From Candidatus Heimdallarchaeota archaeon (GTDB taxonomy: Archaea > Asgardarchaeota > Heimdallarchaeia > Hodarchaeales > Hodarchaeaceae): a stretch of 18,419 bases of DNA. The stretch lies in NCBI GenBank assembly GCA_019057635.1, contig DXJL01000037.1, positions 1 to 18,419 of the forward strand, given 5' to 3'. The position numbers and the translations under genes were made by a program. Each line of letters starts with the position of its first letter. Within the stretch, counting starts at the first letter, position 1. The notes under the pieces were generated by a model. The model saw only the letters and a list, made by a program, of their open reading frames with translations, searched no databases and had not been told where the DNA came from. Below, piece after piece: positions 1-8,696 of this stretch.

Positions 1-156
1 AACAATGCGATCTTTACCCATCCCATGCCGATTGATAGGGGCCATGAAGTTTCAGATGACGTCGCTTCTGGTTCTCGATCCTGCATTTATGATGTTGCTG
101 AAAATCGTTTGCATGCCCAGAAGGCCATCATGGCGTTGACCATGGGTGGCTTTTGA
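1..156 (+). CDS. Ornithine carbamoyltransferase-like transcarbamylase, 3' end (5'-partial)
   Basis: Frame 1 reads NNAIFTHPMPIDRGHEVSDDVASGSRSCIYDVAENRLHAQKAIMALTMGGF*. H-x-x-P..RG.EV and AENRLHAQKA are the C-terminal motifs of the OTCase branch. Not in the ORF track because it is truncated by the window edge. Confidence 0.88.
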   Translation, partial: NNAIFTHPMPIDRGHEVSDDVASGSRSCIYDVAENRLHAQKAIMALTMGGF

Positions 157-175
157 TTTCCTTCTTTTTCTCTTT
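157..175 (+). terminator. Oligo-T/pyrimidine tract, putative archaeal-type intrinsic terminator
   Basis: TTTCCTTCTTTTTCTCTTT immediately after the TGA stop, with no strong hairpin. Confidence 0.5.
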
Positions 176-272
176 AAAATTTCTATAACTCATTAACACA
201 AAACAAAAAGAATTCTTCGGGTAAGCTAAATCTTTTATTCAAAATATTCCACGAAAGTGGTGAGTAAGGAAT

Positions 273-602
273 ATGATAATTTCACTAACTTGCCCTAAAT
301 GTAATAGTTCAAGAATAGCTGGTCCCCATAGAGTTCATGCAGATAGAGGTCATTCCAAGGTTGACCTTCCAGGTTTATCCACTGCGACATTAGAATCGTA
401 TAGTTGTGTTGATTGCGGATATACTGAATTTTATGTGGATCAAATGGGTAGACAGAATATAATAAATTCTGGTCGTTTCTTATCTCACCGTAAAGTTGAA
501 CCAGAAGCGAAAGTAGTTCAAGAGGATTATTGCTCTACCTGTGGAGCACTAGTAACAGGGAATACACTCTTCTGTGATAATTGTGGAAGCAAACTAGAAT
601 AA
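273..602 (+). CDS. Double zinc-ribbon protein
   Basis: Four CxxC pairs: CPKC...CVDCGYTEFY (DUF2082/zinc_ribbon_13-like) and C-terminal CSTCGA...FCDNCGSKL (zinc_ribbon_2-like). GGTGAG RBS-like motif upstream. Confidence 0.8.
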   Translation: MIISLTCPKCNSSRIAGPHRVHADRGHSKVDLPGLSTATLESYSCVDCGYTEFYVDQMGRQNIINSGRFLSHRKVEPEAKVVQEDYCSTCGALVTGNTLFCDNCGSKLE

Positions 603-674
603 TTTCGGATAATTCTAGTTCGGAAAAAGGACTAATCTAACCCGAAAAATGCTTTAGCACTTTTAATACCCCTT

Positions 675-1463
675 TCAATGATCGCCACGTCTTACAGGGT
701 ATAGTTGACTGAGATTGCTTTTAATTGCCCTTTCTGCTCGTGTTAGAAATGTAAAATTCTTTGTACGGGTTGCTTCAATTAAAAGTTGTGTATTCTCAAA
801 AATCACATTGTCCACAACTCCAGAAGGTTTTCCTGTACTTAATTGTGTAAAGGTTTGCCGAGCTTTGTCCACACCACTCGATATCAAATCACAGAGGATC
901 GCGCAGGCATAATTAGTTGCCGCATATTCAAAAAAGTTCAATTCAAGGTTCTTATTTCCTGCTTCGATATAATCTCGTCGTGATTCCTGAAAATGTATCC
1001 GCGTAAGGTCCTCTGTTGATTTCCATGGGGCAGTGGAGGCCGCGGGGGTTTTTTCAAGCATGTTTGAACCAAAACTTCTCATTCTTAATTCACTTTGAAT
1101 TTCATCAGTGATGGCTTCATCTCCAAAAATGTGTGAGGGACGTTCTTCAAATCGTGGTAATTTGCCAGAAAATGGCTTAGTATCTTGAAATGGTGGTGGT
1201 GGTAGTTCAGATGATTTCGATTGATCGAAGGGGGGAGGTGAAAACACTCTGGGAGGCCCAGGTAATTTTGGGGGGGATGAAAAGGAAGTTTTTTTTGGTT
1301 CTTGTGGTTGGGGTGGCCTTGAAAGATGGGAACTGTTTTTGGGTGAATTTGCATACAAATCTCCCAACACCTTTTGGAAGTTTTTATCCACTGTTTTAGA
1401 TAAATCGGGAGGTGTGGGTAATTCTTGTTTCTTTTTTTTCTTTTTTCTGAAACCCAAAGGCAA
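675..1463 (-). CDS. Hypothetical protein: polybasic N-terminus, Pro-rich linker, SNAP/TPR-like helical C-terminal domain. Probable true end at 632 after correcting a 1-bp insertion
   Basis: TTG start, MPLGFRKKKKKK, PP-rich region (LPTPP, SPPKLPGPP, FSPPPF, LPPPPF), then helical YIEAGNK...YACAILCDL...LLIEA. Removing base 694 extends the frame to PEDVAIIERGIKSAKAFFGLD*. Confidence 0.75.
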   Translation of the reverse strand: MPLGFRKKKKKKQELPTPPDLSKTVDKNFQKVLGDLYANSPKNSSHLSRPPQPQEPKKTSFSSPPKLPGPPRVFSPPPFDQSKSSELPPPPFQDTKPFSGKLPRFEERPSHIFGDEAITDEIQSELRMRSFGSNMLEKTPAASTAPWKSTEDLTRIHFQESRRDYIEAGNKNLELNFFEYAATNYACAILCDLISSGVDKARQTFTQLSTGKPSGVVDNVIFENTQLLIEATRTKNFTFLTRAERAIKSNLSQLYPVRRGDH

Positions 1464-1566
1464 TTTGATACCCCATCAGTGAATGGTGTTTAATTTTGTG
1501 CGCAGGGACTTACTTTTCTTGAGAAGGATCAGTCAATAAAATGGTAGATTCGGGATTTATAATGAT

Positions 1567-2157
1567 TTATATTCGGTTAAAAGCTTTTGAAGATAAATCG
1601 GTTATCCCTCTCTCATCCTTCAAATCTCCTCTAATTAAGTTTGATTCTTGTACCTTTTCTTGATTCTCTTTTTCTCCCACCTTTTTCAAGAATCCAGGAA
1701 TTATACTCCATTTCCAGTATTTAAAGTAGTCATCGAGCCATAAAATATTATTTTTATTGTCTGGTAGAAACCCTAAGTGTCCACCACATTTTTCTGTACA
1801 ATCGGAGTTTCCAAATCGTACAACAATCTCGAAATCAACATTTTTTGCGAAAATAGTCAAGTTCTGGCATTCAGTGCTTTGTTCATTAATATTAACATAT
1901 GCCCGATGGAGTATAACTGAGCTATGAGTTGTAAGATAATCGATGTGCCAAAATTTTTTCTTATTCGAATTAAAATGTCGTTTAAGACGATTTTTCAAAG
2001 AGGTAGCTGTACTTCCTTTTGCCGATCCAAAATACAAATAGACTCCAGGACTTATATTCCATTGCAAGCGTTTTACCTCTAATGAAATTTGTTGACAGAC
2101 TTCTAGTGCAAGAATATAGGTCCCTCGTAAATCTGAAAGGTGATCTATACTTTTCAA
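1567..2157 (-). CDS. DUF123 / GIY-YIG (Uri superfamily) nuclease
   Basis: GTYIL...PGVYLYFGSA...RLKRH...KKFWHIDYL...EC...FGNSDC...C.GHL match the DUF123 pattern. Confidence 0.85.
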   Translation of the reverse strand: MKSIDHLSDLRGTYILALEVCQQISLEVKRLQWNISPGVYLYFGSAKGSTATSLKNRLKRHFNSNKKKFWHIDYLTTHSSVILHRAYVNINEQSTECQNLTIFAKNVDFEIVVRFGNSDCTEKCGGHLGFLPDNKNNILWLDDYFKYWKWSIIPGFLKKVGEKENQEKVQESNLIRGDLKDERGITDLSSKAFNRI

Positions 2158-2246
2158 CCTTTATCTCCATCATTCAGGTTGTGACCTGTAAGTTTATAGC
2201 AATATCCTTTACGATGTTTAATCACTAAAATTTTGATGTTACTTTT

Positions 2247-3086
2247 ATGAGTGGTCGAGATAGTGTAAAAGCTTGGCAATTTCATCACCAAGAACAATTA
2301 AAATACCGTACTACTGGGTCTCCGACTTTTCGGGTGAAGTTTTATCATTATCCTTCTTATCGTCAAGAAGTAACACTTATCCAATCACCACCTGATTGCA
2401 AACTACAGCATAAAAAACTCAATTCATTCTTCATTTTTAATAGAAAAGTGCATTCACGTGGATCAATATCATTTGACAGAATAGTTCAAATAAAACCATT
2501 AAGCCAACGAATTTCTCTGCAAGATAATTGGGGGGAGATTTCTGAAATATCTTTGGAAGAAAGACAAAAGTACACCGAAAGCTCGCAATATTGGCCAGTC
2601 CAGAGTTCATTAATGGATGAGATTGTCAATAATAAATGGTTTTTAACAGAAAATATGAAGAATTGGGTTAAAAAGGCAAGTTTGTGTGTATTAGATACAA
2701 TAAAAGTCCGTGAAAATCAAGAGGAACGGCTCGGAGCACAACGAGCCTTAATCCATGGAATTGGAGATTGTGATGAATTTACAGATTTGTTTATCACTCT
2801 TGCCAGATTAAGAGGCATTCCTTCACGCCGATTAACAGGCTTTTATGTGACTGAGCATGGTAAGTCTGTAGAAGCTCATGCTTGGGCTGAAATATATTCT
2901 CCCACTCTATTTTGGATTCCTGTAGATTTAGCTTTGAATAACATTGGATTTCATAAAGAAAATTATGTTATACTGAAAATAGAAGAGTTTAATCCATCTC
3001 TTCCTGACTATCAAGTTAGAACAAGACATACGAGCCACGTGCAGCATGAGTGGATTCGTTTGCCCCCACAAGTAACTTCTATTTAA
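2247..3086 (+). CDS. Transglutaminase-like (Cys-His-Asp) domain protein
   Basis: GDCDEFTDLFITLARLRGIPSRRLTG, HAWAEIY and WIPVD motifs give an intact triad. No signal peptide seen. Confidence 0.88.
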   Translation: MSGRDSVKAWQFHHQEQLKYRTTGSPTFRVKFYHYPSYRQEVTLIQSPPDCKLQHKKLNSFFIFNRKVHSRGSISFDRIVQIKPLSQRISLQDNWGEISEISLEERQKYTESSQYWPVQSSLMDEIVNNKWFLTENMKNWVKKASLCVLDTIKVRENQEERLGAQRALIHGIGDCDEFTDLFITLARLRGIPSRRLTGFYVTEHGKSVEAHAWAEIYSPTLFWIPVDLALNNIGFHKENYVILKIEEFNPSLPDYQVRTRHTSHVQHEWIRLPPQVTSI

Positions 3087-3247
3087 GACAAAGAATCAAA
3101 TTACCTTATTAACATCGTGTCCTGTCAAGGAATGAGATTAACAATAGTTTGAATATGCTCATTTGAGTGGATTTTTCAAAGAGGTGGGCCCAATCTATAT
3201 ATCAAAATCAAACTAAGATCATTCAGAGAATTCAGAAGGCAAAATAA

Positions 3248-4318
3248 ATGAAGATTAGCATAGGAACAATTCCTGACAATGAGTTAAAGGAAAAATATGA
3301 ATCTGAGAAAACTTTGGAATTCGGAAAATATTTTACTGATCGTATGTTTAAAACTGACTTTAGTAATGGAAAGTGGGAGAATCCAAGAATTACTAAATAC
3401 GGTCCTCTTGCTTTAGAACCTTCTGCCATAGCTCTTCAGTACGGACAAACAATTTTTGAAGGTCAAAAAGCCTATCGGACAAAAGATGGAAAATTGAACC
3501 TCTTTAGGCCAGCCCTTAATATTAAACGCTTCAATAATTCAGCTAAACGAATGGCCATGCCAGAAATTGCTCCAGATATATATTTTGATGCCCTTAAAAC
3601 ACTTCTGGATTTAGAAAGAGATTGGGCACCAAAGAATGTTGGCTCTGCTCTTTATATCCGCCCCACCATGATAGGAACACAAGGAAGATTAGGAGTGGTT
3701 CCCTCCAATGCATATTTATTTTATATAATCCTTTCACCAGTCGGCCCGTACTTTCCAGAAGGATTTAAACCAATAAAAATCTGGGTAAGTGAACAATATA
3801 TCCGTGCAGCACCAGGTGGAACAGGATTTGCTAAAACTGGAGGAAATTATGCAGCGAGTTTGCTTATTGGACAAGAAGCGTTAGAGAAAGGTTACAGTCA
3901 AGTCTTGTGGCTAGATGCTATTCATAAGAAATATGTTGAAGAAGTTGGAGCAATGAATATCTTTTTCGTTTATAATGATACATTGTACACTGCTCCATTA
4001 GATAGTGGAACGATTCTACCTGGTTTGACTCGTGCAAGTGTTATTCAGATGGCAAAAGATTTCGGTTATTCCATCAAAGAAGAAGCTCTCTCAATGGATG
4101 AAATTGTAGACGGGATAAAGAATGGATCATTACAAGAATGCTTTGGGGCTGGAACAGCTGCAAGTATTGCCCCAGTAGGTTGCCTCCGTTATCAAGGTAA
4201 GGAGCATATTATTAATGACTTTCAAATTGGGGATATTACTCAGAAAATCTATGATCAATTAATTGGTATTCAATATAGTACAATTGAGGATCCATATGAG
4301 TGGATTGTTTCTGTTTGA
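3248..4318 (+). CDS. ilvE: Branched-chain amino acid aminotransferase (PLP fold IV)
   Basis: FGKYFTDRMF, LQYGQTIFEGQKAYR, LYIRP, AKTGGNYAAS (PLP lysine), EEVGAMNIFF, ILPGLTR, GAGTAA. Confidence 0.96.
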   Translation: MKISIGTIPDNELKEKYESEKTLEFGKYFTDRMFKTDFSNGKWENPRITKYGPLALEPSAIALQYGQTIFEGQKAYRTKDGKLNLFRPALNIKRFNNSAKRMAMPEIAPDIYFDALKTLLDLERDWAPKNVGSALYIRPTMIGTQGRLGVVPSNAYLFYIILSPVGPYFPEGFKPIKIWVSEQYIRAAPGGTGFAKTGGNYAASLLIGQEALEKGYSQVLWLDAIHKKYVEEVGAMNIFFVYNDTLYTAPLDSGTILPGLTRASVIQMAKDFGYSIKEEALSMDEIVDGIKNGSLQECFGAGTAASIAPVGCLRYQGKEHIINDFQIGDITQKIYDQLIGIQYSTIEDPYEWIVSV

Positions 4319-4488
4319 ATATATTGGGACGAACTTTAGGTATTCCTCTTCATAAAAACTTCATTTTGTCATTATCCCTAATAAAACTATGAATTGGCAA
4401 ATGTTGATCCATCATTGATCTAAGGCCCCATTTAAATAAATGAATTTGATGGCAAATTCTATATCCTTCCCGTGTACAGAGAGAGGAG

Positions 4489-4899
4489 CTATTTTTCCAG
4501 TTGGTTGAGTAGCTCATTACATAGCTTATCTGCTTTCTTAATCCATGAGTTTGTACGAGGAGCATGAGTAAATTTGACTGAAGAGAAGTATTTGATTTGT
4601 GTTATCACTTCACCGTACAGGGTTCTAAGATGAGGGCTATTGACATTATATTCCCCTTTTAGTTGCTTAATAACAAGTTCACTGTCGGAGAATAAGACAA
4701 TATTTTCCTTCGTGTATCCTTTTGCGACTTCCAAAGCCTTGATAATCGCTTGGTACTCTGCTTGGTTGTTTGTCTGATTTCCAAGGAAAAAATTACGTTT
4801 GTGAAGTATTTTTTCATTATGTACAAAGAGAAAGGCTGCCGCTGCAGGACCTGGATTCCCTCGAGCTGCTCCATCAGTATATATTGAAAAATCTTGCAT
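4489..4899 (-). CDS. rnhA: Ribonuclease HI (archaeal/actinobacterial RNase HI-like type)
   Basis: YTDGAARGNPGPA, TNNQAEY, SDSELVIKQLKGEY and ADKL carry the D-E-D-D acidic residues. Confidence 0.93.
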   Translation of the reverse strand: MQDFSIYTDGAARGNPGPAAAAFLFVHNEKILHKRNFFLGNQTNNQAEYQAIIKALEVAKGYTKENIVLFSDSELVIKQLKGEYNVNSPHLRTLYGEVITQIKYFSSVKFTHAPRTNSWIKKADKLCNELLNQLEK

Positions 4900-4901
4900 T
4901 G

Positions 4902-6284
4902 CTAATGTCCATAATTTAAATGATCTCTTTTTAGAAATTTTCCTTCATTGCTTTCACCGACAAATTCTCCGTCCTCACATAAAATTTTTCCCCTTAGAAT
5001 TGTATTAACGGGCCAAGCTGTGACCTTAAAATTAGTATATGAGTTCCAATCTATGTTATAATGTAGAATGTCTGGTGTGATAGTTTTTCTGACCGAAGGA
5101 TCAAAAATTACAAGATCAGCATCAGTACCAGTCTGTAATGATCCCTTTTGGGGATATAGGCCAAAAAGCTTGGCAGGATTTGTGGAGAGTAATTGCACAA
5201 GTCCAGGATAACTGATTTTTTTCGAATTAACAAGGAAATCATGAATGAGGGGAAGAGAAGTTTCGATACCCGGAATACCATTGGTTACTTGATGAAAAGG
5301 TAATTTACCACTTCCTTTCCTTTCTCGAGAGAATTCACAATGATCAGTGATTATAGTATCTATAATACCTGACTGGACCTGATTAATCAGTGCTTGTTGA
5401 TCTTTAGTATGCCTGAGAGGAGGAGACATGAGATTTAAGTATCCGTCGGGTGTAGTATATGCCTTTTCATTAAGTAGTAAATAATGAGGACAAGTTTCAC
5501 CCGTTACTCGAAGATTATTTTGCTTTGCCTGAGCTAGAAGGTCACCCCCTTCTTTGGTAGATATGTGTGCAATGTGCAGGTGAACCCCTGTTCGTCGTGC
5601 AAAAAGTATCACTCTTTGTATGGCTTCTTCTTCAGCCAGATGAGGACGGGAATGAGCATGGTATATCGGATCTTCTTTGTTATCTCGAATCAATTGTTCA
5701 CGATACGATTTAACCATAGAATTATTTTCACAATGGCCTATAACAAAGCCTCGATTTTTTCTGACTATTTTAAAGAACTGTACAAGCTCTGTATCAGTTA
5801 GATCAAGGTTCCTCCAATCATAAGTAGTGAAAAATTTAAAGCTCGTAACACCCCGTTTAATTAATTCAGGAATCTCATCAAGATATTCCAAATCTGTTTT
5901 AGAAACATGAAGACTATAATCAATAGCTACCTGACCATCTGCTGATTTCTTTCGGTCTAAGAATCCTTTAAGAGGTGACTCTCCCCTTGTTTGATCTGCG
6001 AAATCAATAATTGTTGTCACTCCCCCAAAGGCTGCAGCCTGAGTTCCTGAATTGAATGTATCGGTGGAGATGATTTTTCCGAGGTCTTGGAGTTGGAAAT
6101 GCACGTGTGTATCTACAATGCCTGGAAAAACTAATTTATTAGCAGCATCAATCACTTTCTCAGCCGAAACACTTTTATTACCTTGATAAATAGTAGAAAT
6201 CTTTTCTTCTGTAATTCCAAGGTTGGCATAATACATTCCATGACTATCTACGAGTGTTCCGTTCTTAATCAAGAGATCAAGCAT
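4902..6284 (-). CDS. hydA: Dihydropyrimidinase / D-hydantoinase (cyclic amidohydrolase)
   Basis: PGIVDTHVHF, AAAFGGVTTIIDF, SFKFF (carbamylated Lys), GHCEN, HIAHIS, GETCPHYL, MSPPLR, TDHC, NGIPGIET, NPAKLFGLYPQKG. Confidence 0.9.
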   Translation of the reverse strand: MLDLLIKNGTLVDSHGMYYANLGITEEKISTIYQGNKSVSAEKVIDAANKLVFPGIVDTHVHFQLQDLGKIISTDTFNSGTQAAAFGGVTTIIDFADQTRGESPLKGFLDRKKSADGQVAIDYSLHVSKTDLEYLDEIPELIKRGVTSFKFFTTYDWRNLDLTDTELVQFFKIVRKNRGFVIGHCENNSMVKSYREQLIRDNKEDPIYHAHSRPHLAEEEAIQRVILFARRTGVHLHIAHISTKEGGDLLAQAKQNNLRVTGETCPHYLLLNEKAYTTPDGYLNLMSPPLRHTKDQQALINQVQSGIIDTIITDHCEFSRERKGSGKLPFHQVTNGIPGIETSLPLIHDFLVNSKKISYPGLVQLLSTNPAKLFGLYPQKGSLQTGTDADLVIFDPSVRKTITPDILHYNIDWNSYTNFKVTAWPVNTILRGKILCEDGEFVGESNEGKFLKRDHLNYGH

Positions 6285-6482
6285 ATTAACTTCAACGCTT
6301 ACACCACATCCCTGATATCCCTATTAGATTTTTCTATTACTTTTAGTAAAAATTTCATTCTAACTCTCTTCATAATATTGATTACTAGCCTCTATCTTTT
6401 TCAATGTAAACTCAGAGGTAAAATTTGGAGTAGGATACTCTCACAAAGATCTAGCTAACCGTGAGAAGAAGTTGATCGATAG

Positions 6483-7961
6483 ATGAAGAGCATATTGGTA
6501 CGCACAAGATTGATGGTTCCCCTTTCAGACGCTTTAGGAAGAGAATCTCGAATTGAGGATGGATACATATTAACAGAGGGGAATCTGATTAAAGAAGTCG
6601 GAAAATTTAAACCAGATTCAATAGATGAGATCATAAGTAACTCTAACACTGATTTAATTGTAATAGGTGCCACCGATGGACAAATTACAAGCAGTAATGA
6701 TGTTCCCCAGATAAATGGAGTAGCCTTACCTGGATTTGTGAAAGCACATGGGCATGATCATGAATCTCCCCTCATAGGTATAGCAAAAGATGTTCCATTA
6801 ACTACATGGCTCGATGAAGCAGTAAATCACTTCACAGGATTTCTTCATGAAGAAGAAGAAGCATTAACTAAAAAGTTTGGACAGTCCCCATATTACCTTA
6901 CCTACTTAAAGGCACGTATAGATGATCTCCAACACGGGATCACGACTGCTTTGGTTCATCATTGTAATTTCAATAAGTATCATGTACCAGAACTGGTGGA
7001 GGCGAACCGAGATGCAAAAACTAAGATTACCATTGCAGTGGGATCACAAGATAGACATTATGACCCACGAATCCTTGATAAGCCTGCAAAAGTGGCAATT
7101 GAAAGAATGGATACACTCTTCGAGAAATTTACAAATGAACCCAATGTCCGAATAATTCCTGGTCCTGATCAATTCTTCTCAAACGGTCCAGAACTGCTCA
7201 AGCATTTAAAGATCTGGGCCAATAACCATCAAACGATGATTCACATTCATTCCAGTGAAGAATTTGCAACAACTCAATGGTTTACAAAAGAATATGGTTT
7301 AACACCTATCGAATATGCTCAATCAATTGGGTTTTTAGATGAAAATACATTTGTAGGACACCAAGTTCATAATTCCGAAAACGATTTGCAGATACTCGCA
7401 GAAACAAATACTGCAGTAGTTCATAACCCCTTAGCAAATACAATACTAGGTTCGGGAATGCCGCCATTGATAGAGTTTAAAAGTCGAAACATTCCTTTTG
7501 CTATATCCACTGATGGATCAGGGAGTGCAGATAACCAAAATATTATCAATGCCGCCCGTTTAGCAGCACAATATCAGAAAGCTTTTCATAAAAATGCAAC
7601 TTTGATGACAGCTCAAGATGTCTTAGAACGAATAACTATAATTCCCTCCCAGATTTTGAACTATAATACTGGCTCTTTGACTCCTGGAAAAAGTGCCGAT
7701 ATTATTGTAGTGGATCTATCTGTTCCCAACCTCACTCCTACTAGGAGTGATAACGTCGTGGAAAACTTAATTTGGGCTGCAAATGGAAATGAGATTAGCT
7801 ATGTCATTTCAAACGGTGAAGAAGTAGTAAATAATTATAAATTCGTGTATATTGATTTGAACACCGTGCTATCTCAGATCCAAGAACTATCTGAACTTTT
7901 TTATGCTTATAAAAAGCAAAAAACGGCTAGAAAAGCAACAGGTATAAGGGAAAGCGAATAA
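6483..7961 (+). CDS. Metal-dependent amidohydrolase, deaminase type (SsnA / MTA-SAH / guanine deaminase-like)
   Basis: PGFVKAHGH (HxH), HIHSSEE (HxxE), HQVH, HNPLAN..LGSG, STDGSGS, GSLTPGKSADIIVVD. Confidence 0.85.
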   Translation: MKSILVRTRLMVPLSDALGRESRIEDGYILTEGNLIKEVGKFKPDSIDEIISNSNTDLIVIGATDGQITSSNDVPQINGVALPGFVKAHGHDHESPLIGIAKDVPLTTWLDEAVNHFTGFLHEEEEALTKKFGQSPYYLTYLKARIDDLQHGITTALVHHCNFNKYHVPELVEANRDAKTKITIAVGSQDRHYDPRILDKPAKVAIERMDTLFEKFTNEPNVRIIPGPDQFFSNGPELLKHLKIWANNHQTMIHIHSSEEFATTQWFTKEYGLTPIEYAQSIGFLDENTFVGHQVHNSENDLQILAETNTAVVHNPLANTILGSGMPPLIEFKSRNIPFAISTDGSGSADNQNIINAARLAAQYQKAFHKNATLMTAQDVLERITIIPSQILNYNTGSLTPGKSADIIVVDLSVPNLTPTRSDNVVENLIWAANGNEISYVISNGEEVVNNYKFVYIDLNTVLSQIQELSELFYAYKKQKTARKATGIRESE

Positions 7962-8033
7962 TTATACTTTTTACACTTTTCATAAGAGTTAGCTTGGTTC
8001 CATAGGAATGAGTGGTTTAGTGACTGGAACTTC

Positions 8034-8080
8034 TATGAACAAATATGAAAGTATATATGAACATGTGAACTTTGTTCATA
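8034..8080. repeat. 10-bp perfect inverted repeat enclosing TGAAC-type direct repeats
   Basis: TATGAACAAA (8034-8043) and TTTGTTCATA (8071-8080), with TATGAAA, TATGAAC and TGTGAAC between them. Confidence 0.5.
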
Positions 8081-8696
8081 TGGTAAGATAATACCTAATT
8101 TGTACTAGATATGGTTATTCCGCATTTCTTGAAAGTAGATATGATTATTACATATAAAGTAATAAGAATTTTTGTGAATTATGCGATAATGGGTTTCAGA
8201 AATTATTTTCTTGTAATTTATAGCAAATTGCATTACTAGTCTCTTGTATAAGGCATGAGTTTGTTTAAGAATTAAGATTCTTCAATGATGGTAACTACTA
8301 CAATAATTAATTCAGTAATTCCCATTCTAAATTTAATATGATAATAAATTTGAGTAGATTTTCAATAGTTCAGCATGTCTCAAGCACGCATATTCCAGCT
8401 AGGTGATTTTATTCTTATCCTCAGACAGCTCTGCAGATTCTTATTCCTGAATCTCCAATAGTTAATCAGAGATTTGTACAAGTTTATTACTATAATTTTT
8501 GACGTTGCCGTTTCACCTGATTTCCAGAAAAATTCTTGACGACAATCAATAAAACTCAATGTTTCACAGAATGATAGTTTGAATAAAGGACTTCCATTAT
8601 TAGCGAGTAAATGAAATATATTTCAATTTATGTTCTTAGTTACGAAATGGATACGAATAAGTATATATTTTTGCCCAGAACCAATCTATATTCGTA

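Noticed and set aside
1567-2157. GIY-YIG gene as a homing endonuclease or mobile element
   Set aside because: Motifs fit the cellular DUF123 family, and there is no intron, intein, terminal repeat or target duplication.
7997-8030. ORB-like sequence GTTCCATAGGAA and inverted TGGAAC at the edge of an AT-rich gap, suggesting an archaeal replication origin
   Set aside because: Only one imperfect box, no G-string, no repeated ORBs and no orc1/cdc6 gene in the window.
8008-8091. 27-codon ORF MSGLVTGTSMNKYESIYEHVNFVHMVR in the long gap
   Set aside because: Too short, no convincing RBS or motif, and expected by chance.
8034-8150. Possible degenerate CRISPR array
   Set aside because: Repeats are at most 14 bp with only two good copies and ~30-bp spacing, and there are no cas genes.
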